From positions 1 to 64,000 of the forward strand of contig CAWGIE010000036.1 of assembly GCA_963822585.1 (NCBI GenBank): DNA of 64,000 nucleotides, given 5' to 3'. A program made the position numbers and the translations under genes. Positions 39,834 through 50,850 of this stretch are shown here, one piece after another. Each line of letters opens with the position of its first letter. The stretch's first letter is position 1. This stretch comes from an uncultured bacterium (lineage in GTDB: Bacteria > Auribacterota > Erginobacteria > Erginobacterales > Erginobacteraceae). The notes under the pieces were generated by a model. It saw nothing but the letters and a program-made list of their open reading frames with translations. It was not told the origin of the DNA and did no database searches.

Positions 39834-41201
39834 GTGGATCGGGACACGAAAATTCTGGTCATCGATGACGACCTCTTCAGCTTGAAGCTGATCGAGAATC
39901 GCCTGAGAGCAACCCCCTACCGGGTCACCACGGTTACCGACCCGGAAGAAGCCCTCACTCTTCTCAGGGAAAACGGGTACGATCTCGTTCTCTCGGACAT
40001 CCGGATGCCCGGGCTCGACGGCTTCGAGATACTGAAACACGTCGCTCTCAATTACCCCGGCCTCCCGGTAATCATGATCACCGCCCACGGCACCATCTCC
40101 GACGCGATCCGGGCGATCCGGGAGGGCGCCTACGATTACCTGACCAAGCCTCTGGATAAAGAGGACCTGCTTCTGAAGATCGAACGGGCAATTCGGCACT
40201 ACCGGCTCTGGATAGATAACCAGGGGCTGCGCCGCGAGCTGGCGACCCAGTATGGCCTGGAAAATATCATCGGACACAGTAAGCCGCTGAAAGAGGTGTT
40301 CCGGAAGGTGGCGAAAGTGTCTCCGACCAGCGCCACCGTGCTGATCACGGGCGAGAGCGGAACCGGAAAAGAACTGCTGGCCCGAGCGATCCACTACAAC
40401 AGCCCCCGAAAGGATCAGCCCTTCATCCCGGTCGACTGCGCCGCCATCCCGGGAACTCTTCTGGAAAGTGAACTTTTCGGGCACGCGAAAGGAGCTTTTA
40501 CCGGGGCCTACAAGGATCGCCCGGGCGCGTTTGAAACCGTCGGGGAGGGTACCCTTTTCTTCGACGAGATCGGAGACATGGACATCACCCTGCAGAGCAC
40601 GCTCCTCCGGGCGCTCCAGGAACGGGTCTTCAAGCGGGTGGGGGAAAATAAAGTTCGGCGGCTCGAGGCGCGGCTGCTCTTCGGGACCCATGCCGATCTG
40701 GCCGCAGCGGTGAAGCAGAAAGGGTTCCGGGAGGATCTCTATTACCGGATCTCCGTGATCCCGATCCATCTCCCCCCTCTCCGCGAGCGTCGCCTTGATA
40801 TTCCCCTTCTCATCAAGCACTTTCTTGAACTCTCCTGCCGGAGAAACTCGATCCCGGGCAAAACCATCGAGCCCGCCGCGATCGATGCCCTGGTCCGGGC
40901 CCCCTGGAAGGGCAACGTCCGGGAGTTGGAGAACGTGATCGAGAACCTGGTCGTGATGAGCGAAGGCGACCGGATCAGCCTCCAGGACCTGTCGCCCTCA
41001 CTGAAGATGAATATCATGATCGAACCGGAGTCCCGGCCAACCGCCGGCAGCAGGGAACTGGCCGTTGTCGAGAAGGAGCATATCCTCCGGGTTCTGGAGA
41101 TGGAGGGGGGGAACCGTTCCCGAACGGCCCGGATACTGGGCATCAGCCTGAGGGGCCTCCGCTATAAGCTCAAGGCCTATGCCGAACAGGAAATGAAATG
41201 A
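39834..41201 (+). CDS. NtrC-family sigma54 response regulator
   Basis: REC domain, GESGTGKE, GAFTGA, GNVREL and Fis-type HTH. Confidence 0.95.
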   Translation: MDRDTKILVIDDDLFSLKLIENRLRATPYRVTTVTDPEEALTLLRENGYDLVLSDIRMPGLDGFEILKHVALNYPGLPVIMITAHGTISDAIRAIREGAYDYLTKPLDKEDLLLKIERAIRHYRLWIDNQGLRRELATQYGLENIIGHSKPLKEVFRKVAKVSPTSATVLITGESGTGKELLARAIHYNSPRKDQPFIPVDCAAIPGTLLESELFGHAKGAFTGAYKDRPGAFETVGEGTLFFDEIGDMDITLQSTLLRALQERVFKRVGENKVRRLEARLLFGTHADLAAAVKQKGFREDLYYRISVIPIHLPPLRERRLDIPLLIKHFLELSCRRNSIPGKTIEPAAIDALVRAPWKGNVRELENVIENLVVMSEGDRISLQDLSPSLKMNIMIEPESRPTAGSRELAVVEKEHILRVLEMEGGNRSRTARILGISLRGLRYKLKAYAEQEMK

Positions 41202-41602
41202 ACAGCCGGCGGTTTGCCCTACTCCTGGTCGCCCCCCTCCTCATCTCTCCGGCTACCGGTGGATCGACGGCGCGGGGAGAAAGTCTGCAGCCGATCCGCC
41301 TCCCCCCTCCCCCTCTCCGCTTGCTTCAGCCGCTGGACCGGGAGGTCATCCTGAAGCCGATCGCGGAAAAAGAGTTCTCCTGGACCCCGGTTGAGAAGGC
41401 GGTCCTTTACCATCTGGAATTTTCCACCGACCAGGAGTTCCGGGTCCTGATTCTTGACGCCTACCCGACCGGTAATTCATTCACGATCAAGGAGCTGCCG
41501 GAAGGCACCTTTTACTGGCACGTCAGTTCCCTTAATGAGGAAGGGTTGGAAGGAAAGTTCGGTTCCGCATTCTCCTTTTTTTATCCCCGCCGGGCCCGCT
41601 AA
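41198..41602 (+). CDS. secreted single Fn3/Ig-like domain protein
   Basis: Signal peptide; FSW..V..A..Y.LE.S...F, LPEGTFYWHVSS...G.EG. Confidence 0.75.
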   Translation: MNSRRFALLLVAPLLISPATGGSTARGESLQPIRLPPPPLRLLQPLDREVILKPIAEKEFSWTPVEKAVLYHLEFSTDQEFRVLILDAYPTGNSFTIKELPEGTFYWHVSSLNEEGLEGKFGSAFSFFYPRRAR

Positions 41603-41727
41603 TAGTGCATTTTTTTCCCAATCATCGATACAAGCCACAGCAAAAAACGATTTCTCTTATCCAGTCCCTTCCCCGTATTCACTTGACAGCCAGACGATTG
41701 CGACTTTTATATTCTCTGCCTTAATAC

Positions 41728-41743
41728 TGGCATGCGATTTGCA
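41728..41743 (+). promoter_or_regulatory. sigma54 -24/-12 promoter
   Basis: TGGCATGCGATTTGCA about 63 nt upstream of the FecR-domain gene. Confidence 0.78.
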
Positions 41744-41806
41744 GTATGAACAGGCAGCAGTTATAAAAGTGAATGCGGACAGGGAAATGGCCTCGGAGTA
41801 TCCGAT

Positions 41807-42490
41807 ATGAAGCGGTTATTCGTCATACTGGTTCTTTTCTTTACATTGCGTCCGGGCGCAGGGGCCCAGGAGGAGTACGCCATCCCGGTCAAGCCGGGCG
41901 ATTCTTCTTCCACCATCATCGAATCGTACCTGAATGGGCTCGGCGCCTGGGATAAGGTTGTTGAATATAACCAGCTCCTCCGCCCGGGGAATCTGGTCAA
42001 GGTCCCCTCCCAGCTGGTCAACCTGGAAGGAAAAGCGTATATCTCGTTGATCTACGGGGAGGGGAGCGTCCGGCTGGCCGGAGCAGAGAACTGGATCAAA
42101 GCCCTGCCGGGGCTGATCATTCAGAACGGAGACACCGTCAGGACGGGATCCGATTCCGGCATCGAGCTTACCATGGAGAACGGCGATCGGGCACTTTTGC
42201 GTGAACTGACCGAGATCCAATTCAGTCCCGTTCGGAAACAACAGGAGAAGACCAATCTTCTCAAGCTTCTCCAGGGGAAAGTGATCTCCATCATCCGGCG
42301 GATGCCCAATCGGGACATCCGTTACCGGATCCAGACCCCGACCGCGGTATCCCTGGTCAGGGGGACGCGGTTCAGAACCAAAATCACCGAGGATGAGAAA
42401 ACCGTCTTCGAGGTCCTGGAGGGAGAGGTGGGCGTTGAATCGGATGCGGGAGAGATCACCCTTGAGGATGACTTCGGCATTAAACTGTAA
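41807..42490 (+). CDS. secreted LysM-like + FecR-domain protein
   Basis: VKPGDS, GDTVRTG.DS, IQTPTAVSLVRGTRF and VLEGEV motifs. Confidence 0.85.
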   Translation: MKRLFVILVLFFTLRPGAGAQEEYAIPVKPGDSSSTIIESYLNGLGAWDKVVEYNQLLRPGNLVKVPSQLVNLEGKAYISLIYGEGSVRLAGAENWIKALPGLIIQNGDTVRTGSDSGIELTMENGDRALLRELTEIQFSPVRKQQEKTNLLKLLQGKVISIIRRMPNRDIRYRIQTPTAVSLVRGTRFRTKITEDEKTVFEVLEGEVGVESDAGEITLEDDFGIKL

Positions 42491-42519
42491 CCTCACCACC
42501 GAGTTGGCACTCTTTATCA

Positions 42520-42821
42520 ACCACGAAGAACACGAAGGTCACGAAGGGGTACATCCCGAGCGGATGCTCTTAAAATAAAACCGGCCGCCATCCGGGTGTA
42601 TTCAAATTCGCTTTATATCTCTCCATTCACCTTTCCTGTCTTTAAGCTCCAGCTTAACCCGATTTATTCATAAATCGGGTTAGTTTTGAACCATGACAAG
42701 AAAGACAGCCCTGATTTATTTCTCCCCTCTTATTTACTTCGTGACGTTGGACGGTCGCTTCGCTCCCTGCCCAGCTAACGCTGGGCCCGTCTCACTGCGT
42801 TCGGCCCGTGTCCTTCGTGGT
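42520..42821. repeat. ACCACGAAG-family inverted-repeat element with nested inserts
   Basis: Left arm at 42520; the right arm is interrupted by small GC hairpins. Confidence 0.7.
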
Positions 42822-45139
42822 GATTTTTCCCCGCCTGTACCCCATTATCACGATCAGCGAGGACAGATTGAGCAGGGCGACCGCGTAGCAGGTAGCGGCC
42901 ACACCCAGGATCGGCAATATGAGGGCGCTGACTGCCAGCGCCCCCAGGCATGCCCCCAGAAGATCCACACCATAGGTCATTCCAGCTACCAACCCCACCT
43001 GTTTTCTTTGTTTCAGATACATCCTCCCCGCCAGCGGGAGCTGAAACCCTCCGAGAAAGCCGGCGATGACCGGGAGAGCCGGGAAAATAATGTTCTCCCC
43101 CGCGGAGAGCATGATTCCTTCGGGATGCCGGGCAAGCAGTGAAAATACCAGCGGGAGGGAGAGCGGATAGAGACAGATCGCGACCTGGTTCACGAAGAGC
43201 AGGCGATGTTCGTCCCGTATTCGGGAAAAAACCGCGGTAACCGTCCCCCCACCCAGAACCAGCCCGACCATAAAGAGGGTGAGGATTATTCCCAGCTTAT
43301 AATAGACATAGCCGTAGAATATTTGAAAGGCAAGCAGCAGCACCACCTGGAAAACCATTTCCGAGAAGCCGGAGGTGAAGACCGGCCAGAGAATCCAGCC
43401 GCCGCCGGTCCGGCGGCGGCGGAACCGGAAGAGGGGAAAAAGCAGCAGCGAGATCCCCGCCGGCAGCAGAAACCACCACCAGCGCAGGATCACGGCATCC
43501 TGGAGAAAGCGGGTAAACCAGCCCCCGACCTCGCCGATAAAATAACTGCTCCAGAAGACCATGTCATAGAAATAGCAGATGGGGTGGAAATCCAGGTTAA
43601 GCTGGTCCCGGGGAGCGCTCTCAATCTCTCTCTGCTGGTACTCGATCCGTTCCCTCCGCATCCGGTCCGCCAGGTAGTAACCGCGAACGTATTTCAGATC
43701 GAGATTCCGCTGACGGACCCGTTCTTCAAGCACGGCGTAGTCATCCGTCAGGTAGCGCGAACCGTCCGCGGCAATGAAGTAAACCGTCCCCCCCGGAATA
43801 ATCACCAGGTCGGGAAATACCTCCCGCACGGTCTGATAGATGCACCCGAGGAAATTCCGCAGTTCTCCGCTGATATAGTTTTCCGACGAGGTGAGACCAA
43901 AACCAAGAACCCCTCCCGGGTCAAGCCGGGATCTGGCCAGCGAAAAAAACTCCCGGGTGTAGAATCGGTTGAGCTGGGCGGTGTAGGGGTCGGGGAGATT
44001 GACGATAATCAGATCAAACCTCTTCTCCGTTCGCTGCAGGTAGAGGCGCCCGTCACCGTGGATAATCTTCACCCGGGGATCTTTCAGGGACAGATCGGCC
44101 CCGGGGGGAGAAACTCCTCCGTCAGCCGGATAATCTCCGGGTCCAGTTCGACGTAGGTTACTTCCCGCACGGCCGGATGCCGCAATATTTCCCGCAGGCT
44201 CCCCCCCGCCCCCCCGCCGATCAGAAGGATCCGGCCCGGATCGGGATGCTCGAGCATCGCGAAATGGACCGATTCTTCAGCCGAGAGAAGGTCCGGGCAG
44301 GTGAAGAGAAGGAGGCCGTTTTCAAAGAGGCTGAACTGCCCCTCCCGGCCGGTCACGGCCAGTTGACCATAAACGGTGTTCTCGGTCTTTTCCAGACGGA
44401 AACCACGCCATTGCCAGCCGAGAGACAGCACGTCCAGCCTGCCGAACCAGCCGGCGGCGCCGGCCAGAACGGACACGGCCAGAAGGACAAACCAGAGAGC
44501 TTTCAGGAACCGGAACCGGCGGAAAGGAGAGGAAAAGAAAAGCAGGGTCCCCGCCGCCGCCAGGTTTAGAAATCCGAAAATGAGAACCAGGCCCAGGGGG
44601 GAGAACGCCTGAACCAGGAAGAGACTGGTTAGAAAACCTCCGGCCACCGATCCCAGGGCCTCCAGAACGTAGACAACCCCCAATCCATGGCCGGGGGAGC
44701 ATGAGCCTTCCCGGGAGACGCGTTCATAGACACGGCAGCCCAGGGAAAATAGGAAACCGTTGAGCAGACAGCAGGCTGAGACAACGATGAAAGAAGCGAT
44801 GAAGATCGGGACATAGCCGACGATCTGCCCCGGGGAGATGTCCAGGAACAGCTTGACGGATCGGATGGCCGGGAGCGTCAGGATCAGGGCAAAGGCCAGT
44901 AATGCCTGGCTGCAGGAGAAGATCGTTGCCGGGGAGCGGAGCCGGTCGGCCAGACGACCCAGGATCAGGCTCCCGACGCCGGTCCAGAAAAGCCAGCACG
45001 CCAGAACCACCCCCAGGGCAAGCTCGTTGCCGTAGAAAAGAACCAGGAGCTCCCTTAAAAATACGATCTGGGCGGAGAGGGCGGTAAACCCGGCAATGAA
45101 GATGGAGACGAACAGGGGAAGATGTTTTTTCATTCCCAT
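42792..45139 (-). CDS. membrane-fused spermidine synthase-like protein (frameshift near 44.08-44.11 kb)
   Basis: TM bundle, LLIGGGAGG, VELDPEI, GDGR..L, IVNLPDP..NRFYT, second TM bundle; split over two ORFs at G/C runs. Confidence 0.85.
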
Positions 45140-45184
45140 TCATGTGCTCCCGGCAGGGAAAATGACGGTCCTCTCCCCCTCTTC

Positions 45185-45256
45185 CGGGCCGACACGGCGG
45201 TCGGCCCCTACGGGCGAGGCCGGCAATCGTAGGGGAGGACCGCCGTGTCCTCCCCG
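45185..45256. repeat. pair of GTAG-type REP-like palindromes
   Basis: Reverse complement GTAGGGGCCGACCGCCGTGTCGGCCCG, and GTAGGGGAGGACCGCCGTGTCCTCCCC. Confidence 0.7.
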
Positions 45257-45771
45257 GATGAGGAAATATGCGAAATTATATTCCTCACAATTTGATCAAC
45301 ACTCAAATCAGAAGTATCTATCCGGTATTCGATACGATCGTAGAAAATACGGCGGTCATCCAGCATTCTCCGGATTGTCTCCAGCCGATCGCCCTTTTCC
45401 AGAAGCGGCCGATGAGATTCGTTTTCCACTCTCTTGAGAATCACCTCCGGCCGGGCGGTCAGGCAGACGAGGAGACCGCTCCAGGCAAAGTCCCGGATAT
45501 TGTCCGGGTCGAGCACGACCCCTCCCCCGGTGGCGACGATCTGCCCCCGCCGGCGGGAAAGTTCTTCCGCCAGAGCCCGTTCACGCTTTCGAAAATAAGC
45601 TTCTCCCCGCTCAATGAACAACCGGCTGATGCTCATCCCCTCCCGTTCTTCAATGATCTCGTCCATCTCCACTACCGGGCGGTGGAGCCGCTCCCCCAGG
45701 AGGCGGCCGACGGCCGATTTCCCGGTCCCCATGAACCCGAAGAGCACGATGTTTTTACCTTTTATCATCAC
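45208..45771 (-). CDS. aroK: shikimate kinase
   Basis: GFMGTGKS, GEAYFR, ATGGG and RPLL motifs. Confidence 0.95.
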   Translation of the reverse strand: MMIKGKNIVLFGFMGTGKSAVGRLLGERLHRPVVEMDEIIEEREGMSISRLFIERGEAYFRKRERALAEELSRRRGQIVATGGGVVLDPDNIRDFAWSGLLVCLTARPEVILKRVENESHRPLLEKGDRLETIRRMLDDRRIFYDRIEYRIDTSDLSVDQIVRNIISHISSSGEDTAVLPYDCRPRP

Positions 45772-45780
45772 CTTTGATGA

Positions 45781-45919
45781 ACCACGAAGGACACGAAGAA
45801 CACGAAGATCCTTACGAGAAGATTATTAAATGGGTTGCCTGTTACCGGTAAGAATCAAGAAATACATCCATTCCGCTGAGTCAGGTATTTTCCTTCGTGA
45901 CCTTCGTGTCCTTCGTGGT
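45781..45919. repeat. ACCACGAAG-family inverted-repeat element overlapping the aroC 3' end
   Basis: Arms ACCACGAAGGACACGAAGAACACGAAG / CTTCGTGACCTTCGTGTCCTTCGTGGT. Confidence 0.85.
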
Positions 45920-47026
45920 TCGGAAAGTTTCCCGGTAACCGGAGTAATTACGGCGCACCTCGCTGAGACTATCGCCGCCGAACTTTTCCAGGAAGGCCTG
46001 GGCCAGCACCAGAGCGGCCATCGCCCTACCGACCACCGAGGCCGCCGGGAGAGCGCAGACGTCCGATCTTTCCCGGGCGGCGGTGACCGGCTTCCCGGTT
46101 GCCAGATCGACCGTCCGCAGCGGCTTTCCCAGGGTGGGGATCGGCTTCATGACCGCCCGGATGGCGATCGTCTCCCCGTTGGATACGCCTCCCTCGATGC
46201 CCCCGGCCCGGTTGGTCAGCCGGCAGGGCCCCGCCGGGCCGCAGACGATTTCGTCGTGGACCCGGGAGCCGGGCAGCTCTCCCATCTGGAAGCCGGCGCC
46301 GATCTCCACCCCCTTGACGGCCGGGATGCTCATCAACGCCAGGGCCAAACGTCCGTCCAGCCGGCTGTCGGCCTGGGCGTAACTGCCCAGGCCGGGGGGA
46401 ACACCCACGGCCGCGACCTGAAAAACCCCGCCCAGGGTATCGCCGGCAGCCGCGGCCCGGGCGATCTGCTCGATCATCTCTTTCTCGGCGGCCGGATCGG
46501 GACAGTTGAGGAGTGATTTTTCCAGATTAACGCGCCGCTCGTCCTCGTCCGCCTCGGCGGCGGTCACCCCGCCCAGGGAGACCACCCAGCTCTCCACCCG
46601 GATCGAGAACTCCCTTAAAAGAAGCTGGGCCAATGCCCCCAGCGCCACCCGGGCGGCCGTCTCCCGGGCGCTGGCCCGTTCCAGAACGTTGCGGATGTCC
46701 CGATGGGCATACTTCAGGGCCCCGGCCAGATCGGCGTGACCGGGGCGGGGTGCGGTCACCGGGGGGAGTTCTTCGATCGTGAAATCCCTGTTTTCGATCA
46801 GCAAGCCGAGGGGAGAACCGATAGTGAAACCTCCCCGGGTCCCGCCCCAGATCTCGACCCGGTCGGATTCGATCTCCATGCGTTTTCCCCGGCCGTAACC
46901 GCACTGCCGGGCGCGCAGTTCCGAGTTGATAAAATCTTCATCGATCTTCAGCCCGGCGGGGAAACCGTCCAGTATGGCAAGCAGCCCCCTCCCGTGTGAC
47001 TCCCCCGCCGTCAGATAACGTAACAT
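45881..47026 (-). CDS. aroC: chorismate synthase
   Basis: TAGESHG, RPGHAD, ERASARET and GGIEGG motifs. Confidence 0.97.
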   Translation of the reverse strand: MLRYLTAGESHGRGLLAILDGFPAGLKIDEDFINSELRARQCGYGRGKRMEIESDRVEIWGGTRGGFTIGSPLGLLIENRDFTIEELPPVTAPRPGHADLAGALKYAHRDIRNVLERASARETAARVALGALAQLLLREFSIRVESWVVSLGGVTAAEADEDERRVNLEKSLLNCPDPAAEKEMIEQIARAAAAGDTLGGVFQVAAVGVPPGLGSYAQADSRLDGRLALALMSIPAVKGVEIGAGFQMGELPGSRVHDEIVCGPAGPCRLTNRAGGIEGGVSNGETIAIRAVMKPIPTLGKPLRTVDLATGKPVTAARERSDVCALPAASVVGRAMAALVLAQAFLEKFGGDSLSEVRRNYSGYRETFRTTKDTKVTKENT

Positions 47027-47273
47027 GGGATAACCTCTTAACTCATTGGATTAGTTAATATTGCTGTAATTAATACACTATATCAGGGAGAATTATAAGG
47101 GAATACTGGAATAATGGAGTGGTGGAGCAATGGAGAGAATAGCTTGCCAACATCGGCGGTCCCGCTGTCGGCCCGGCCCCAATACTCCAGCATTCCCATA
47201 TTCCATCACTCCTTTTTGCCCATTCACTCGGATCCATTAAAAAAGGGGTCTCTGGTCCCGCAACCTGTTCTCC

Positions 47274-48083
47274 TCAGTATATCGTCAGATACCAGAAAAG
47301 AATCTGCCGGCCGAAGAAGAGGGTCAGCAGTGAACCGGCCGCCAGGAAGGGCCCGAAAGGAATCCGGGAACCCCAGTGAGCTTTCTTCATTATAATCGAT
47401 CCCACCCCGATCACCGCGGCCAGCAGCGCCCCGAGAAAGATGGCGAGCAAAACCATCTGCCAGCCCTGCCAGGCCCCTACCGCGGCCATCAGTTTCACAT
47501 CACCCAGCCCCATCGCCTCCTTTTTGAAGGCCGCCTTCCCGAGCAGGCCGATCAGCCAGAGGCTGAGGCCCCCGGCAGCCGCCCCGATCAGGGAACGGAG
47601 CAACGCCTGGCCGATAGTTATACTTCCCAGATGGCCGGGATAAAGGACCGTCAGTAGAAACCCCATCATAAGCAGCGGATACGTAAGCCGGTCGGGGAGG
47701 ATGAAAAATTCTCCATCAATGACACTCAGGATCACCAGTGTCGCACAGAAATACCAGTAAAACGGGACCAGAATCAGCCGTTCCCCCCGGGAGACAACCA
47801 GGAAATGGACCGAGACAAAGAGCAATCCCATCAGCAATTCTACCAGGGGATACTGAACGGAGATGGCCGCCCGGCACTGCCGGCACTTTCCCCGCAGCAG
47901 CAGGAAACTGAGAAGCGGGATGTTGTCATACCCGGCGATCGTTTTCCCGCAATGCGGACAAAACGACCGGGGGGGGCGGGCGATTGATTTCTTCCGGGGA
48001 AGACGGTAGATGCAGACATTAGCGAAACTGCCGACCGCCAGGCCGAACAAGAAGACTATGATGATTAACCAGATAGAAGCCAT
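47274..48083 (-). CDS. pilD: prepilin peptidase
   Basis: GSFANVCIYRLP, CPHC/CRQC, GLGDVKL and IPFGPFL motifs. Confidence 0.93.
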   Translation of the reverse strand: MASIWLIIIVFLFGLAVGSFANVCIYRLPRKKSIARPPRSFCPHCGKTIAGYDNIPLLSFLLLRGKCRQCRAAISVQYPLVELLMGLLFVSVHFLVVSRGERLILVPFYWYFCATLVILSVIDGEFFILPDRLTYPLLMMGFLLTVLYPGHLGSITIGQALLRSLIGAAAGGLSLWLIGLLGKAAFKKEAMGLGDVKLMAAVGAWQGWQMVLLAIFLGALLAAVIGVGSIIMKKAHWGSRIPFGPFLAAGSLLTLFFGRQILFWYLTIY

Positions 48084-48146
48084 TTTGCAGTTCTCATTAA
48101 TTATCGGCATCCGGCGTTATCAGTCGGATCGGTCTGATCGGTCTGG

Positions 48147-49028
48147 TCAGTCGGATCCGACATCCCCCAATAACGCCTGCCGCGCCGCCTCCCTCATCAC
48201 CTCAACCGGCGCCGTCACCCCGGTCCAGATTTCCCCGGCGGCGGCGGCCTGGTGAATCAGCATTCCGAGACCGTTGATCGCCCGCAGTCCCCGTCCCCGG
48301 GACGCCCTGAGCAGGGGCGTCTCCACCGGGTTATACACCAGATCCATCACCAGTGTCCCCGGGGCGAGCAGGGCGGGATCAACGCTGACCGGATCCTCCG
48401 GGTGCAGCCCCAGCGGCGTGGCATCAACCAGCAGGTCGCAACCCCCGATGATCCCGGCCCCCTCCTTGCTTCCCGCCTGAAACACGCCGGAGATCCCGGC
48501 CCGGATCTCCTGATTGATCCAGGCAGACAGCTCCTCGGCCCTCTCCGGCCGCAGATCGCAGATATCTACCCGGGCGGCGCCTTCCAGTGCGGCCTGAACC
48601 GCTACCGCCCGCCCCGCCCCCCCGGCTCCGAACAGGCAAACCGACTTTCCGGGGAAAGAAAAACCGGCTTCCTCCCGCAGTGCCCGGATGAAACCGGGGC
48701 CGTCGGTATTATACCCGGATGAGAGGCCGTCACGGAAAAGGACCGTATTCACCGCACCGATCAGCCGGGCTTCCTTGCTCACCTCATCGAGCAGTGCGAT
48801 GACCGATTGTTTGTGGGGGATGGTGATATTCAAGCCCCGCCCCCCCAGGGCCCGGAATCCCCGGAAAGCCGCTGCCAGATCCGGCGCCTCAACGTTGAAG
48901 GCCAGGTAAAGCCAGTTGAGCCGGGCAGCGGCAAAGGCCGCGTTATGGATCTGCGGGGAGATGGAATGGCTGACCGGATGGCCGAACAAGCCGGTCAGAA
49001 CAGTGGAACTGTCGGGGATAATGTTCAT
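48147..49028 (-). CDS. aroE: shikimate dehydrogenase
   Basis: HSISPQIHN, NITIPHK, NTDG, GAGGA and DLVYNP motifs. Confidence 0.95.
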   Translation of the reverse strand: MNIIPDSSTVLTGLFGHPVSHSISPQIHNAAFAAARLNWLYLAFNVEAPDLAAAFRGFRALGGRGLNITIPHKQSVIALLDEVSKEARLIGAVNTVLFRDGLSSGYNTDGPGFIRALREEAGFSFPGKSVCLFGAGGAGRAVAVQAALEGAARVDICDLRPERAEELSAWINQEIRAGISGVFQAGSKEGAGIIGGCDLLVDATPLGLHPEDPVSVDPALLAPGTLVMDLVYNPVETPLLRASRGRGLRAINGLGMLIHQAAAAGEIWTGVTAPVEVMREAARQALLGDVGSD

Positions 49029-49061
49029 GATACACCGCACCATTATAAACAGCAGTATAGT

Positions 49062-49268
49062 ACCACGAAGAACACGAAGGACACGAAAAAAAAGAAACAG
49101 TTATGGCATGGAGACTAACCTTAATTTCGCGGCCCGCGGACAAAAATGTAAAATCGGTCGGCGGTCCGGTTTGATCGTGGTAAGGATCCGCGCATTGGTG
49201 AATTGTTCCCACCGGAGCGGAAGCTCATCAGCGGATTTTCCCTTCGTGTCCTTCGTGTTCTTCGTGGT
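49062..49268. repeat. ACCACGAAG-family inverted-repeat element
   Basis: Arms at 49062-49087 and 49242-49268. Confidence 0.85.
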
Positions 49269-49319
49269 GAAATACAGGGGGAAGTTGTGGGCGCAGAGCC
49301 CGCAGATGAATGTGAAAGA

Positions 49320-50828
49320 TTATTTCTTCCGGGCGGCGATTTTATTGACGGCGTTGAGGTAGGCTTTGACGCTGGCCTCGATGATGTCCGTGGAGGAAGC
49401 TCTCCCGTTCATGATCCGGCGGCCGGATTTGATGCTGACCGCTACTTCCCCCAGCGCGTCTTTTCCTCCGGTGACCCCCCGAAGCTCGTATTTAAGCATC
49501 TCACATTTAATGCCGGTGATCCGATCGACGGCCCGGCAGGCGGCGTCAACCGGTCCGTCGCCGCAGGAGGCATCCTGGAAGACGGCTTTTCCTTTCCGCA
49601 GCCGGATGGTGGCGGTGGGAACCGTCCGGCTGCCGCTGGTGACGTTGAGATACTCCAGTGAAAAAATCGCCGGGGGACGCGTGATCTGCTCATCGACCAG
49701 GGCCTCGATATCGTCGTCGAAGACATGCTTCTTCTTGTCGGCCAGGGTCTTGAACCTCTCGAACGCCCGGTCCAATTCATCTCCGGAAAGCTGATAGCCG
49801 AGCGTTTTCAGCTTATCGTTGAAGGCGTGGCGGCCGGAGTGCTTGCCCAGGACCAGGAGGCTTTTCGGCATGCCCACGTCCCGGGGACGCATGATCTCGT
49901 AAGTCGTCCGCTCCTTCAGGATGCCGTCCTGGTGGATACCGGCTTCGTGGGCGAAGGCGTTCTCTCCCACGATAGCCTTGTTCCGCTGGACCGGAATGCC
50001 GGTCAGGTGGCTCACCAGCCGGCTGGTCTTATAGATCTGCCGGGTATTGATCCCGGTGGCGACCCCCCAGAAATCCTTTCTTACCTTGAGTGCCATCGCG
50101 ATCTCTTCCAGCGAGGCATTCCCCGCCCGTTCCCCCAACCCGTTGACACAGCACTCCACCTGGCGGGCGCCGTTCTTTACCGCGGAGAGGCTGTTGGCGA
50201 CCGCCAGCCCGAGGTCGTTGTGACAATGGACGCTGATAACGGCGCGGGCGATATTGGGCACTTTCTCTTTCAGATAACGAATAATCCGGCCGAACTCGTC
50301 CGGGGTCGAGTAGCCGACGGTATCGGGAATATTGACCGTCGTCGCGCCGGCCGCGATCACCGCCTCCACCACCTCCACCAAAAAAGGCAGTTCGGTCCGG
50401 GAGGCGTCTTCCGGGGAGAATTCCACCGCGTCCAGATACTGCCGGGCCAGACGGACGGAACGGACCGCCTGCCGGATGATTTCCTCCTTGGCTTTTTTCA
50501 GCTTGAAATCCCGGTGAATTTTCGAGGTCGCCAGGAAGGTATGGATACGGGGGGATTCGGCCTTCTCCAGGGCCCGAAAAGCGGCCTCGATATCCTTCTT
50601 CAGACAGCGGGCCAGTCCGGCAACCGCGACCCCTTTGACCGACCGGGAGATGATACTGACCGCTTCAAAGTCTCCCGGGGAGGCGATCGGGAACCCCGCT
50701 TCAATGACGTCCACCCCCAGCCTGACCAGCTGGCGGGCAATCCGAAGTTTCTCCCGGATCGTCAGGCTGGCCCCCGGGGACTGTTCCCCATCGCGGAGCG
50801 TGGTATCAAAGATGATGATCCTGTTCAT
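49320..50828 (-). CDS. leuA: 2-isopropylmalate synthase
   Basis: [22 protein letters not shown] and HQDG motifs. Confidence 0.97.
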   Translation of the reverse strand: MNRIIIFDTTLRDGEQSPGASLTIREKLRIARQLVRLGVDVIEAGFPIASPGDFEAVSIISRSVKGVAVAGLARCLKKDIEAAFRALEKAESPRIHTFLATSKIHRDFKLKKAKEEIIRQAVRSVRLARQYLDAVEFSPEDASRTELPFLVEVVEAVIAAGATTVNIPDTVGYSTPDEFGRIIRYLKEKVPNIARAVISVHCHNDLGLAVANSLSAVKNGARQVECCVNGLGERAGNASLEEIAMALKVRKDFWGVATGINTRQIYKTSRLVSHLTGIPVQRNKAIVGENAFAHEAGIHQDGILKERTTYEIMRPRDVGMPKSLLVLGKHSGRHAFNDKLKTLGYQLSGDELDRAFERFKTLADKKKHVFDDDIEALVDEQITRPPAIFSLEYLNVTSGSRTVPTATIRLRKGKAVFQDASCGDGPVDAACRAVDRITGIKCEMLKYELRGVTGGKDALGEVAVSIKSGRRIMNGRASSTDIIEASVKAYLNAVNKIAARKK

Positions 50829-50850
50829 TAAAATTTTTCAACGAAAAATT

